Shown piece by piece: positions 15,404-29,644 of a stretch of DNA of 64,000 nucleotides (position 1 is the first letter of the stretch; each line of letters begins with the position of its first letter). The DNA is from Thalia democratica. Its lineage: Eukaryota. The stretch covers positions 100,192,001 to 100,256,000 of the forward strand of contig OZ241826.1 of the NCBI GenBank assembly GCA_965202585.1. The letters run 5' to 3'. The translations under genes and the position numbers were made by a program. Under the pieces are notes generated by a model. It was not told the origin of the DNA. It was given only the letters and a program-made list of their open reading frames with translations, and searched no databases.

Positions 15404-15440
15404 ATGTTTCTCTGTGTTAAGTATTTACACAGAGAAACAT
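15404..15440. repeat. Perfect 14-bp inverted repeat hairpin
   Basis: atgtttctctgtgt - 9-nt loop - acacagagaaacat. Confidence 0.8.
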
Positions 15441-16373
15441 GGGGGAGTTTAATTTATTTTAACTGTTGTTTTGTATTCCAATACAGTTGACTATGTTTGA
15501 TGATTTTATAAGTACTTTAAGGAAAATTTTGATCATAAAATTAAAAGTTTTTATTAAATTATTATTTGTTTTTAATAAGCATATTTTAATTTTATAATGT
15601 TTAGTAAAATTTAAGATTTTAAACGTACAATGAAATTTTAAAAACATTAAACTGCTAAAAGTAACTTTTAATGGTTTGTTTTGTGTGAATTTATTACAAA
15701 TTATCATTATAAATATTAGAAAAATACAACACAGCTGGACTTTTAAGTTTTATTTTTACAAGAACAAATTTTATGATCAATATTTGAAGTATAATTATTT
15801 TTATATTATTTTATTGGTGTATGTTAATTAAAAGATTGTTCTAATATTAAAATCTATTTTTTTATGTGGCGATGAAATTGCAATCATTAAGCATATTTAA
15901 AATAATAAAGCTAAAAGTTTATAGCAAAATTAAATAGTTGTACATAATATTTCAGGTAATTGAGGGTCTTTAAATACTTTCAAACCTGAAAATTTTACTA
16001 ATATCATGTAATATCTGTAAACTATCAATGCAATGTTTCAAAGTAACAAATGAATGTGCATTTTATAGTTTGACATTTCCTAAAAGCAATAAATTATAAA
16101 ATTCTATATTTGTTTCAACCAAAAGAAATCAAATAAAACATAAAATATATTCAAAAAAACTTACATAATATCACTAAATAAAAGTATTTAAATAATAAAT
16201 TCTAAAAATTTTTTAATATTTGAAATTTGATGAAAGTGTGCTAATCTGATAAAGAGCTATTTTATAATATAGATAAAGTCAGCATGACTTTTATTCTAAC
16301 TACGTTTTATAATTATGATATGAAAGAAATAAGTTTGTTTGAATAAAAAATAATAGTTTGAAAATGTTTTAAA

Positions 16374-16830
16374 CTGACCCACGCTTCTCTGTGTTGTTAC
16401 TTAAAACAGCGAAACGTTGATTTGTAATTAATCCATTGAGTAATTTGTAAATTTTTATGGTTATTAAAATGTTATACTACTAAACTAACTTGCTAATAAG
16501 TACTTACAAAAATGTTTATTAAGTAAGAACACAAAATTATTTAAGTAAAGTATTTTTTAAACCTTGTTGAAAATAAAAAAAACAGCAGTTAGTTAATAGA
16601 AAACTGATCCACCCTTCTCTGTGTTATTACTTAAAACAGCGTAACGCTGATTAGTTTTTAATATACTAACCAAGTTGTAAAATTCTATTGTTACAAACTA
16701 ACGAAGCTGCTGAAGTAGTGTTAAAATGATTTAAAAGAAAAAAGGTTTAACTAAAAAAAATATTATTTAAGTAAATTATGCTTTTCAATAAATACTTGAT
16801 TTTTATTAGGAGTGTTCACTGTTAGGCTAA
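16374..16830 (+). repeat. Diverged tandem duplication of about 230 bp
   Basis: 'ctgacccacgcttctctgtgttgttacttaaaacagcg' at 16374 recurs as 'ctgatccacccttctctgtgttattacttaaaacagcg' at 16604. Confidence 0.7.
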
Positions 16831-19453
16831 CTTTAGTAGTTTAAATTTTATCAAAGGTTGTATTAGTCATTTGTTAATGATAAAATATTATTTATTAAAA
16901 AAAATAAATTATAAGCTAGTAATGTAAGTATATTAAGAATAAACTTTTTATGTGTTTAAAAATCATTAGAAACCTCTAACTAAAACTTACCATTAAGTTA
17001 ATTTGTATCAAACTACAACCCTTTTTTTAAACTTTGAAGAATATTTAAGTAAGAAACAAAATATATTTATGTATAACAGAATACATTTTTTTCTAACTTT
17101 GTATATTTTCAGAAATTAAAAATTATTTACTTATTTATCTTAAGTTTAAATTTATTTAAAGACAAGAGAACTTGCTTTTCTAAGTTGTAGAAACAAAAAA
17201 AAGATGGTTTTAAAAATAACATTTATAAAAATTTATTATCAAAATTATCCAGGTGAAAATTAATAAAATAAGTCAATTTTTGATTTTTAATTATTTAAAC
17301 TTAACTTTGCTTAAGTAATATTTAAAACATCTGAAGAATTTTATCATAAATAGAAAAATAGTTTTTAAAACCTTTGCAAATGTTTAAAAAAGAAGAATTA
17401 AAATAAAAGATTAGTTAATGCTAAGTCTCAGAACATCAATAAATTGATACAAGAAAAGTTTCTATATTCAAAAAGCCATTTTAAACATCACTATAAAAAT
17501 AGTGAAATAATTAAATGGAAAACATTTTAAATTTTTATTTAAGTATTAGTTAAAAAGATTTAATAAAAAATATATAAGACTAGTTAAAGTCTTGTTATTT
17601 TAGTCAAGTTAAAAAGTACATCATAAAGTTAGGAATTTAAGTTATTACAAATTTTTAATCTACTTAGTTTCAAATAAACACTGTAAGTTTTCAATAATAA
17701 TCAATTTTTATATTAAATTTACTTAGTATATAACATAGTGGCCACTTTCTTTTTTGAAATTTACATACTTGTTAACTGATATTTTTTAAGTTTTTGAAAA
17801 TATGCATCAATTTTTTTTTGCTTTACACAAAGACTTCAACTAGATATTTTTTACAGTGTGAAATAATATTTTCAATATTAGTCAAGCACATGTTAATTTT
17901 CTTTTGAATTTAAATAATCATGGTTGACTTTTTATAAACAAAACAAGTTTTATTTATTTATTTATCATAATCAAAATAGCACCTAAATATTTAAAAAATG
18001 TAAAATATTTAGTACTTTCATTGTAATTATATATCATTATTTCAGTTCTTATTTTGTAATAATTAATAATTATAAATCTATCATTTAAATTAAATTTAGT
18101 AATAAAAGTAGTTTCTCAGGCTGTATACTCATAAAAAAAGTGAATTAAAAACTAATGTTCGTTTCTCTGGGCAAACTCAACAAATAACTTAAACTTTGAT
18201 AATCATGAAGTTTCATATATTAATCAATAAATCTATGGAAAATATTAGTATTTCTAACAAAAGGATTACAATGTCTTAACATGGAAGTAAAATAATTTTT
18301 TTATATCTGAAAAATTTAACAAAAATATACTTACTAACATAACAAAAACTTATTTAAAAAAAAACCTCAATTTTAACAAATGCTGTTTTTAGTTGACAGA
18401 AGCTAATATAAAACTTTGTGATATCATGAATTAACATTCGATTATTATAACAAGAAATGAATTATTATATAATATTTTTAAACAAAAATTAGATGTTTCA
18501 AAGTATAAGACTGCTGATGTAGTTTACTATTTGGTAGCAGCCTTAGAAAAAAATGTTGCTACCAACAATACTTTTAAAACTTTTTGCTTTCTAATTTTTA
18601 AACTTGTTTCTAATCTAAATCAAGGTGGACACTATTAGTTGTTACTTTTATCAAAATGTTTGTATTTCTATATTTTTACAATTATTAGTTTTTGATAGTT
18701 TCTCTAAGAAAATTCAATTGAAAACTTATTTTCAAAACTGCTTTTTTGAAAAGCACCTAGTGTGTTTAGAAATTATCTGCTACTTGGTATTAAGACTACA
18801 GATGTAAAAATAATAGCAATATTCTAAAAAAAAGACAACGACTTTAAACAATAATTTTGGTAAATTTTTTAACGTTCGAAATTGAATAAAGTACTTTTTC
18901 GTATAAAAGTTTAATTATTTTTCGACTAAATGGCAAAAAACTTGTACTAACTAAGTTTTGTAAAAACAGAAATAATGAAAACTATACTAAAAATCTTAAA
19001 GGTATACGATTTTCTATTAGTTGAAAGTATTTTAAAAAGTTTGTATTTTTTTATTTTTAATAATTATATTACAAATGAGTATAAAAAGGTAAACAATGTA
19101 TTTAAATATTTTATGTTGTACATCAATAATATTAGTATTGTTTATTCTCAACGTATTTTTTAATATTTTATTTTGTTAGTTACATCATTAGTCGAACAAG
19201 TTTTTATTAAAGTCTTTTTTCATGCTTTGTTCTATTCGAATGAAATAATTAGTTTTTTTTTAATATTATGTAACATAATATTTATTGTACAATTTAATCA
19301 CAATTATAGATAGCTGTTAAACAAACTTTACAGGCGACTTGAAAAATTATGTTTTATTTTTGTTTTTTAAATTAATTATAGTAAGTTTAGGTTTTTCTAT
19401 TATTTAGTTAATGGTAACAATTGAATTTTATGTTATCTTAAATAAAAAACTGC

Positions 19454-20844
19454 ATTGCCAAGGCGTGCAACTAAATCTGCCAGTGGAGCAGTCTCTTTAA
19501 TTTTGAAATATAAATGTATTTTTTAGTCATAATAATCATACACAAGTCATTCAGAAATGTATTTTTGATAGTGTTTACGATTTAGTAGAAAATTTTATCT
19601 GATGAATTAGTACTAGGTGTTTTTTTCTATTTATGTTTTGTTCAAAGACGGCTTAATACTTTCAATTTGTGGCACTTGTTTTGACTTGTAAAAGAAAGCC
19701 TTTACCAAAAGAATACGTTTCTAAAAGGGGTGTCATTTAACTCTTATTAAAAAATATTGTATTCAATATGTTGTTTCAAAGACAGTTGCTGCACCTACAA
19801 ATAGTCAAACATAAAATTTTTAAAACAAGGAAGGTTCTTGAGGCAGCCGAGCAGAATTCGTTTGGGGTAACATGGTAAAAATAACCTGCAGGAATAATTT
19901 GCCGCTTGTATTTTTTAACATTTGTACCAAATATTTTTAAGGTTTTCTTGTTGATTAACTTGTTTTCTTTTTTTTATGCCAAGTAAACAGATGGCTAGTT
20001 TTACATTGCTGAAATAAATTAAAAATTAATTAATTAAACCTTGCACAAACATGAGGTTGTTCCAAAATTTACAAGCTTGAATTTTTGTTTATTTATTTTA
20101 TTTGTATCACAAAATGTTTATTTTTATACATTTTAACTGTTACGTCACACAGGTGTGAGCAAGAAGAAGCTAGAAGGGTCAATTACATTTGCCGGTTGTG
20201 CGAGGACTTAACAGAGTTGAAAAGCTGATTGGAGTACTGTCAGACATAAAAGTTAGGTGGCCAAAAACAAATGGAAAAACTGACGAGGTTGGAGGCTTAT
20301 GGCAGCTTGTTTTGTCGACTACCTAGAAGTATTCACTTTTAGTACTTGATGGGAAAAGTTATTAATAAATTGTTAAGTGTTTCGTTTTTTGGTGACACTT
20401 TTTGTAAGACGTAGTAAATTTTTTGCTGAGATAAAGCAATTATTTACCATTCTTAAATAAAAATAATTAATACAAATATGTAGCGTTTAAAATTTTGAGC
20501 TGATGTAAGGATATACTTATAAAAAAAATAAATTATCTTGATCAACTTAGTTGTACAACATAATAATACTTCTCGCCTTACTTTTATGACGTCACACACT
20601 ACAGAAGGTATCAGCAACAGCTTTTGAGAAATGGTCGCAAGTAGTCGCCAACGAATGGGTTCTCGTGCGACCACCTGAGCTTAATGGTGACGATGGACGA
20701 TCCGATCTAGCACAGGAACTGCAGTCCTGGTCTGTGGATAAACGGATTTCTGAGGTTGACTAGAGTATCGATCAGGACCTGAGGTAGACAATGTTGCAGT
20801 AAAACAGAAGTAGGTGGCCCTTTTTCATTAATTAACAGAAACAT
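19454..20844 (+). pseudogene. DNAH1: Axonemal dynein heavy chain (DNAH1-like) partial pseudogene, copy 1
   Basis: Exon relics: 19454-19491 IAKACN*ICQW; 19825-19907 TRKVLEAAEQ; 20153-20338 CVSKKK..LNRVEKLIGVLSDIKVRW..AACFVDYLEVFT; 20605-20844. These match the remembered DNAH1 stalk CC2/AAA5 sequence (KACTSICQWV, GKLINGLSDEKVRW, AAGFVAYLGPFT). Stops and frameshifts are present. Confidence 0.85.
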
Positions 20845-23214
20845 GTTTGTTAAATCAGGTGTTCATCTAATTTATTATTCTTTATTAATTATTCTTTAAT
20901 TCTCTAATCAATTATTCTTTAAATTTTGAACTATGTAGTTGTTAAGTGTTTTTAACCTTTAACTACTAATAAATTAAAAATGTTATATAGAATGCAAATT
21001 TAATTTTTCATACATTAAACACACTGTATTATACATATTATATTATAAAATGCACAGCTTTTTTTAATTAATGACAGTGTAGATAACACAAATGTAGTTT
21101 TTTAATGTTTAATGTTTTAACTGGTGTTTATTTTCAAATTTATTTTTTTTCGATTTTAATCACAACAGGCTTGGTAACCACATGTGTGTAGATCCACTAG
21201 GAATTACTCCTACGTCATACTTGGGACTGATGAGGGTTTTCAAGAAGTTGATCTCGGTAAAAACTACTGAGTTGAGTGAGAATAGAAACAGATTGAAAAT
21301 CGGTCTTGATAAGGTTTGATTGTTTGAATCTTTTTTATTAAGTAATTTTTTTATACATTTAATTCCAAAACTATTTATAATTTAAAACTGCTTAATTAAC
21401 TTTAAAAAGTAATAGAATCACTAAAATTTATGAAACTAAATATAATGTAACGTGTTTTAAGAAAACTAGTTTTGAACATATATGATCAGAACTGTGTTTG
21501 TGTTTCGTTAAAATGTTCATCAATAAATTTTTTGTTATTTTCGTGAAAAACCTTATATTTTTTATAATACTTACAATGATAAGTTTACTCACTGAAAGTT
21601 TCAAGTTAGAATAAATCAAATACTTAAGAAAAGTAAACTTCTGTTTGTAGCTGCTGAAAACGGGTAAAATGTAGAAAAGATGCAAAAGAACTATAAGTTA
21701 TATAGCCACAATTAAAAGAACTTAAACAGATACTGAACAAACTATTCATATTGTTGATAGGAGGCTTGCAACGGTAGATAAGTGTTTTTGTTTGATTAAA
21801 GTGACTAAGTTAAGATTAATTTTAATAAAATTTTATTTATTTGTTTTTATTTTTAGAGTTAGGCTTTTTTATAAAACTTAAAAATTATTAATTTAGTTCA
21901 GCGGTTTTAAACTAAGTAAATTTTAAAAAGTTTTGTGTACGTTTTGTTATAAAATAATAAATCATACTAGACATTAACTAGACGATAATTTTTCAAAAAC
22001 AAAAAGTACAAATTTGAACAGTTGATATTTATATAAAAAATAAATAATTTTGTACAGAAGAACTACAAATTAGTTGTAATAACCTCAATATAAAACTTTT
22101 ATTTACATCTTTTCCTAGAAAAATATCGTAGAAATATTTTTACTTATGAAAACTATATGGAGCTAGTTTGATTGTTACAAAAAGTTGTCTTTACATGTTA
22201 TTTTGTAACAGTATTTTTTAAACTAAGAGAATTAAAAAATTAATTGTGGAAAAAAGTTGCTTATGTGTCAATAATTTTTGCTGAAAAACCGGAAGATGTC
22301 CATTTTTAGTATACCCTTATTTATACATCAAACACACATTACATGCAACAAAATATTCAGACAAACAAAAGAGACGTATGAAGTGGTGAAGTCGCAGGAG
22401 AAGGTTAAGCATGCGGAGAAGTTAAACTTGTATAAAAACTAATGAAGTTGAAATCTTGTTGAGGCGCTTTCGGCGGTTACTGTTGCAAGTTTAAAGGGCG
22501 ATTTTACCGAGGTTTGTCTAGATTGTTTATACTTTAATACGCTTTCGAGTCTGACTTTAAGTTGAACTAACTTATTGACAAAACAAAAAAATAATTGCTG
22601 AATATAATTTATTACATACTAGACATAATGTGATTTTTATACAGGCTTTTTTAGTTAGTATAAGATAAAGTTTTTTTTTTATCTTCTGCTTAATACGTCA
22701 GAACAATTATAAAACTGTTATCAACATTTTTTTAGAAACTAGAAACTGAACAAAACATTCTTTATTTAACTTTATAAAAGTATTTTTATAATCATTTTGA
22801 TAGCAAAAAAAGTATAATTATTCCCGCAGTCCTCAATATGGTGTGAAGATGGTCATAGAAACAGTGTGCGTCATGCCAGGAGTGAAGTGACCGGGAAGAG
22901 GCTGGGCTCCAAGGTGGACTTCGGGTACCTGCTTCAAGACCCTGGACGATTTCTGGACTAGCTGTAAAAGTACGACAAGGAAAAAATTCCTGCTAACGTC
23001 GTAGACAAAATCGAGCCTTTTCGTATTAGAACTTTTATTTCGAATAAAGAGTTTCAGTAGGCCGCAATAACCTGGCCTGCACTTTTATCTGCAAGATCCA
23101 AAGCCAGTAACAAGTCAGTTGGAAATAGGTTTTTAAATATACGATAAAGAAGAATACTTTAATTCAGAATTTGGTATTATGTTTTTTATTTTTCTTTTTT
23201 TTTTCCCATTTGTG

Positions 23215-23750
23215 TTTCGTTCATAGGCTGGTCAATACTTTCAATTTGTGGAAGTTATATTTGCTTTTAAAATATGGCTGTTATCAAAAGGATGTGATTC
23301 CAAAAGGGAAGAATTTAATCATCTTTACTATTTAAAATTTTCTAAATCAAATATGTTATTCTGAAGACAGTTGGTGCATTTACAATAAAAAAAACACCAA
23401 ATTTACACCAAACTGAGCACATAACCTACCTTTAACAAGTCATTTTACTTTTAATAAATTATACGGTTTAGTAGAATATTTTATTTGTTAAAAAAGTATT
23501 AAGTGTTTTTATTTTCATTTTGCGTTTGTGTTCTGCTAAAAGACGGCTCAATACTCTTAATTTGTGGCATATATTTTCGCATTTAAAAGTTAGCCATTAT
23601 CAAAAGAATATGGTTTTAAAATAGATGAATTGATTCATTGCAGTTATCTAAATTTTCTGAATCTAATATGTTATTCTTAAGACAGATGCTACATTTATAA
23701 CAAATATAAACCAAATTTACACCAAACTGAGCACATAACCTACCTTTGAT
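23215..23750 (+). repeat. Intronic tandem duplication of about 305 bp inside dynein copy 2
   Basis: 'aatttacaccaaactgagcacataacctaccttt' and the 'tcaatact..aatttgtgg' block each occur twice. Homologous single blocks lie near 19630 and 27970. Confidence 0.75.
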
Positions 23751-24558
23751 CATACTTTAAGCAAAGATAAATTAAAATCTCAAATTTATTAAAAAATTAA
23801 AATCTAACTGTTTCTTAACCTTCAGGTGCGTAGTGAGTAGCGTTGGAAGAGGTGCAACAGGAACTAACAGCTACAAGGAAGGTTCTAGAGGTAGTCAAGC
23901 AGAAGTTGTTCGAACTGGAAAGGACATAGAAACCTAACAGAAAAAATTAACTGCATGTATGTTTGAATATTTGTATTAAAAATTTTTAAGCTAATGTGTG
24001 TCGATTATCAAGTTTTCTTTTTTCTATACCAAGTAAACATTTTTATATTCTAGATAAATGTTTTTTCGTTCAAACAAATTAATAATTTATTAAATGACCA
24101 CGAATCAACCTTAAGACTTTGTCAAAATTTATAAGTTAGAAAAAAATAGTTAATTTGTTTCTTTTGTACCCCAAATGTTTGAGTTCATACACTTGAATTA
24201 TTACGACAAACAGGCGTGAGCAAGTAGTTACTTGTTTTTCGTAAAGTGACTTGATAGACAACGTTATTGGAGGACAGGCAGATGAAAAGGTTAGGTTGAC
24301 TTCAACGAAAACCGAGTACAAGTTGACGTGGGTTAATAAGAACATTTTCTGAGATCCAATAGGAGCCTTCATTGTTAGTACTTGTTTGGAACAGTTTTCA
24401 AACTGATAAGTGTTTTGTTTTTCACTAGCTTTTTATGGAAGACGTAGTGAAATTTATTCAATTTTAGGTAGCACAGTCATTTGTCAATGGTTTTTAACCA
24501 AAATTTTAGTTGAAAAATATTACCTATAAGCTTTTAAGCTGATATAAGGATTAACAGT

Positions 24559-26271
24559 TAGGGTTGCCACTCGGTAAGGAAAAGTCAGAAAATCAGGAAA
24601 AGTCAGAAAAAATTAAAAAAAATGACAAAAATCAGGAAAACATGGGGGGTTTTGAAAAAAAGTCAGGAAAAGTCAGGAAATTTGATAAAATTATTTAAAA
24701 AAAAGTCAAATTTTATCAGTTCAAATTTACAAAATTCCTTGTTTTCCAAATCCTTCAAGTGGTAAAAATTAATAAAAAGTCCTTTAAAGTCAGAAAAAAG
24801 TTCTAAGAATTTACTAGAAATTTACAAAATTATTTAACTTTATTTCCAATGCCTTCATCTGGTATAAATTAGTAAAATATCCTTTATAAAGCTGCTAAAA
24901 TTTCTACTAACATATTGAACAAGTACCCTACTTGAGCAAGCAGATTTTCTAAGCTTTTTAGTATTGATGTCTGTAGCAAGGATCCTTCCATAGTGAAACT
25001 GTGATATATACACAAAAGTTTATCTAGCATAGTTTCAGAACCAAAGTGTTTTTTGTTTAAGTGAGTAGTTGAGTTCTTTATAACTAAGCAGTTAGTTTAG
25101 TATTTTATGTAACAAATTAATGTGTATACTTTACCTCTCTATAATTTTTTCAAAGTTGTTTAAGTTTATAAAATAAGTTACAATAGAGGTATATGCAAAG
25201 ATTAAATATACTTTTTATTAGTATTTTTTGTAGAGTAACTTAATTTTTTAAAGTAAATAAAAGTATATTTATTTGTTACAAATTTTATACTATATGATAC
25301 GAGGAAATATTTTATACAACAGATATTTAGTTTACTTTTTTATGTTTTTGTTTTACAGTTACTTAAGTATACATTTTTTAATTTATTCTTAATTTAAGGA
25401 TTTAATATTAAATAAATGGGTAGTATTTTATCAAAATAAGTGAAACATTTATATAAGTAAAACAACATGTTCAAGTAAATACTTTTTATTATTAAATGTT
25501 TTTAACTTCTAGGTTGTTTTACAATTTACATGCTAAGTTGATTAAAGTTTACTTTTTTAGTTAGATAAATAGTTTATTACTGGTAGAGAGTAAATTTATT
25601 TTTCGTATTTAGGTGTTAGACTTGAATTATTTGTACTGAAAACTATTCATTATGTTTGGGTTTGAAAATGAAGCGGAACGCAGACCAGATGAAGGAAACC
25701 ACATCTTTATTAGATGAAGAGGTTGAAGTGCTAATAAAAAAACGGAGAAAATAATTTTTAGTACATACATAAAAAACTAGAAAATCCAAAAAAAATGTTC
25801 TTTATTGTTTTAAGGTTTCAACTACAAAAATTTGTTATTGTTTTAGTTGTGAAAGTTCGTTATTAATTCCTGGTTTTAATTGTAAAAGTTCCTTAAATGT
25901 CGGTTGTTTATATAGATACATCTATGCTAGGAAATGCTAAAAAAAGTGTTATTTTTCAGACAAGCTGTTTTTATAAGGTAATAATACAAGTATTTTGCTG
26001 ATAGAGCTGTTTATTACAAACATCATCATACACAGATGGTTTAAGTGATGTACTGGAAGTTTGATGATATAATTCAGCAAAAAACTGTTGTTTTTAACCT
26101 GTATTAAAATTAGATTGAAAGCTTTATATAGTTTCAAATGTTAGCTTATGTATTTTAGAATAAGTTTGACTTAAGAGTTTGATTTAGAAAAGTCAGAAAA
26201 ATTTTGGTACAAATTCAGGAAAAAAGTCAGGAAAAGTCAGGAAATTTTTCTCAGCTTGATAAGTGGCAACC
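24559..26271. mobile_element. Non-autonomous hAT-like DNA transposon inserted in an intron of dynein copy 2
   Basis: TIRs are tagggttgccac (24559) and gtggcaacc (26263-26271), with subterminal 'aaaagtcagga' repeats at both ends. The element is absent at the homologous intron position of copies 1 and 3. A short frame MKRNADQMKETTSLLDEEVEVLIKKRRK* at 25668 may be a transposase tail. The superfamily call is inferred from the TAGGG terminus. Confidence 0.7.
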
Positions 26272-26996
26272 AAGTTAGAAATAATTATTTAATTATATCG
26301 TGATCAACTTTTCTTAAACATAAAGATTGACAAAAATTTCTCGCACTTACTTTGTAACGTCATTAAATTATTACATCACTACATTACAGGGGTGTACCAA
26401 GTGCCGGTCTCGTGAGTGCTTGATGGGTGGTTCGGAAGCTGATCAGGGACTGGCGGATTCCGAGGTTTTCCTTTTTTTGTTGCAGCGCAGAAGAAGGTGA
26501 CCCTTTTTCATCGATTCACAGGAACAGGTTTCTTCAACTTAATACTCTAAGTAATTATTAATTTACTGCCTTGGTAAAATTATTTACTCTAAGAAACTAA
26601 TTATATTTATTTTAAAGTACGGCAAAGAAAGTTACATTGAATATTTTTGGTGAAACGTTAAAAAAAAATCTATACAAATAAATATGCTAATATATATCAG
26701 GGTTTCAAGTACCTCGAATCCTAGAACCATTAAAACTTTAAGAAGTAACTACTTTAAAGTAATTTTAAATACGCATAACTAAATAAAGTTTAATGTGTTT
26801 AAATAAAACTAGTTTTGAATATATTTGCATAACTGTGCTTATGTTTCATTAAAAATCATCAAATCAGTTTTTGTTATATTAATATAAAAACTAAAACATG
26901 TAGTAATATTTATAATGATAAGTTTACTCATTAAAAATTTCAAGTTAAGATAAATCAAAAACTCAAGAAAACTAAATATAATACTTTTATTTGTAG

Positions 26997-29644
26997 CTGC
27001 TGAAAACAGGAAACATGTAGCAAAGATGCAAAAAGAATTAGAAGTAATGAAGCCAAAATTTTAGTGCTTCAAAAGAATCTGAAAAACTATTTATACTGTT
27101 GATACGAAGCTTGAAACGGTAGTTAAATGTTTTCGTTTGATTAAAATGACTAATTTAAGATTAAGTTTAATAAAACCAGATTATTTTATGCACACGCATC
27201 GAGATCTTGATAGGGCGCTTCCAGCACTAGAAGCCGCTATTGCAAGTGCTTAAACGTGGGCGATGTTACCGAAGTTTGTTAAGTTTGTTTACGTTTTACA
27301 ATGTTTAAGTTATTATACTTTTTGGAGTCTATATTTAACTTGTAATTAATTTATTTACATTCAAAAAAAAAACAGTTGAAAAATCGATTTAAGTACAATC
27401 TACACACATAATAGTATTTTACAATCAGATTTTTTATCTCCTACCGTATAAACAGGAACAATTAAAAAATAACCATGAAGCTTTTAAAGTGTTAATGCCT
27501 TAAAACATTTATGACTATCTTTATAGCAAAAAAAACATGTTTTAGATATAAGAGCTAAGACGCGTCCTCCACCAAGTGTGTATAATGACGTGGAAGCAGT
27601 GTGCATCATGAAACCCAAGATGGTTACCGGAAGAAGCTTGGCACCGATTTTGACGACTACTGGTAGCCGGGTAGTTGCGGCTTTAAGACCCAGAAGGGTT
27701 TCTGTACTCCCTGTTCAAGTACCACAAAGAAAACATCCCTGCAGACGGCATAGTAAAGTTCGAGCATTATAATTTGAAAAGCGAGCTTCAGCCGGTTGCC
27801 ATTGCCAGGATGTTAAAAGCATGCACTTATATCTGTCAGTGGGTCATATTAGTGGGCAATATAAGTCGGTTTGAGAGATTTTTGTTAAACATACGAACTA
27901 ATAGAACATAAGATTTTTTTCCACAATTTGATATTAAATGTATAATTTTTCCTATTTGTTTTTGTCATTTGTGTTCTCTTTAGATGCGGCTCAATACTTT
28001 CAATTTGTGGCATTTGTTTCGCTTTTAAGAAGTAACTGTTATCAAAATAATATGCTTTTAAAAGGAAAGAATTTAATCTTGCAATTGTTTATAACATTCT
28101 AAATTTAAAATATGCTTTTTAAAACAGTTGTTGTTAGTTATATCAAACAAAACACCAAGTTAAACTATATTTGATTCTAAGTTTTACCAAGACTTTATCT
28201 TATTTTCTCCTCAATACCTTTAGGTATCACTAAGTGGCGATCAGAGTGTCGTCAAAGCAAGCAACGTTTGAGGAGGCGCAACAGGAACCAACCGCCATGA
28301 GAAAGTTTCTTGATGCAACCGAGTAGAACTTGTTCGAAGTGAAACAGGGCAAAAATACCCTGCAGGAATAACTTGCCGCTTGTATGTTTTAAATGTTTCT
28401 ATTTAATGTTTTTGAGCATTGTGTGTTGATTACCAAATATTTTTTAGAAAAGTAAAAGATTTGTTGATTTTATTAATTTGTCCAAAAAATATTAATTGTT
28501 ATATAAGCCTTGCACCAACATAAGACTTTTCGTAAATCAATAAGCTTGAAGTTTTATGTTCGTTTTTTCTGCTTGTACATCAAAATTAACATCTTTATAC
28601 ATTTTAATTGGTATGTCATACAGGCGCGTGAGCAAGAACTAGCAATCAAAGAACAACTGTCGATTGTACGAGATGTGAACTAACATGGCCGACAAGATGG
28701 AGGACAAACGAGAAAGCCAGGTGGTTGGAAATCGAGGACAACTTGACGTATCGTAATAACGACAATTACAAACGTAGCGGTTTATATCATTAGATTCTTT
28801 GATTGCTTTTGATCTTTCACCGTTAGTACTTGTTTGTAACAGCTTTTTTAATTGATCAGTGTTTTGTTTTTAAGTGTATTTTTTTTTGTAAGACGTAGTG
28901 AAATGTTAGTAAATTATAGGTAGAGCACCCGTTTTCTAGAAGTTTTTGATAAAAATATTGATATGTTAAGTATTAACTCTGAGCTGGTGTAAGGATAAAC
29001 TGTTAAAAACTATAAACTAGTTATATTAACTTTTCTTAAACATATAGTTTCAAGAATTTTTCCCGTTACCTTAATAACGTCACACACTTCACTACAGGGG
29101 AAGTACCCTGCTTGAAACTAGCAGCAGCTTGAAACCTGGTTACAATTGGTCGCAAAGGCGCAAGTGCTGGTCGCGTGCAACTATCCGAGCTTGATAGGTG
29201 ATCAGGTGCAGATCAGGGACTGGCGACTTCCGAGGTAGAAATTTTATTTTGGCGCAGAACAGCAGAAGATGGCCCCCTTTAATCCACAGGAACAAGTTTA
29301 TTGAATTTAATGCTTTTTAAAGCAAATTGTGTTATTTTTGATTGTTACATAAAAAAGTTTAATTGGCGCTTTTTGGTGTAATGTTACAATTTAACAATGT
29401 AATTTGATATGCTAACTGATATGTTACTATATTATAAATAGATAAGTTTTTATGTGATAACCACTTATGCAAAATAGTTTTATCTAATATATTTCATCTT
29501 ATATTCAAATATTAGAGCGTGACAACGGTGTAGATATGGTTTAACTACCATAAAAATTTTTCAGTAGCCTGAATAATGGAACCAAGTTCCGAAAACTTGT
29601 TGCAACAACTCGATCCTTTTCTGAAACCTGTGCTAAAAACACAA
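26997..29644 (+). pseudogene. DNAH1: DNAH1-like partial pseudogene, copy 3
   Basis: Relics: 26997-27118; about 27190-27273 HRDLDRALPALEAAIAS/LNVGDVTE; about 27553-27868 RPPP..VEAVCIMKPKMVTG (ORF track 27578)..DDYW..KACTYICQWV; 28224-28381; 28624-28821; 29098-29295 QIRDWRLP; 29516-29644 ERDNG..LDPFLKPVLKTQ. Confidence 0.9.

Larger units (their letters stand above)
21169..26527 (+). pseudogene. DNAH1: DNAH1-like partial pseudogene, copy 2
   Basis: AG/GT-bounded relics: 21169-21313 ITPTSYLGLMRVFKKLISVKTTELSENRNRLKIGLDK; 21651-21773 LLKTG..; 22361-22511 ..GDFTE; about 22830-23120 GVKMVIETVCVM..LLQDPGRFLD*L*KYDKEKIP; 23826-23956 LEEVQQELTATRKVLE; 24214-24373; 26390-26527 ..FFIDSQEQ. Confidence 0.9.

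Noticed and set aside
20453-24372. Minus-strand ORFs 20453-20674 and 24136-24372, and apparent minus-strand GTAAG donors near 20575, 26345 and 29065
   Set aside because: They are antisense to dynein pseudo-exons. The frames are not conserved between the three copies, whereas the plus-strand dynein match is.
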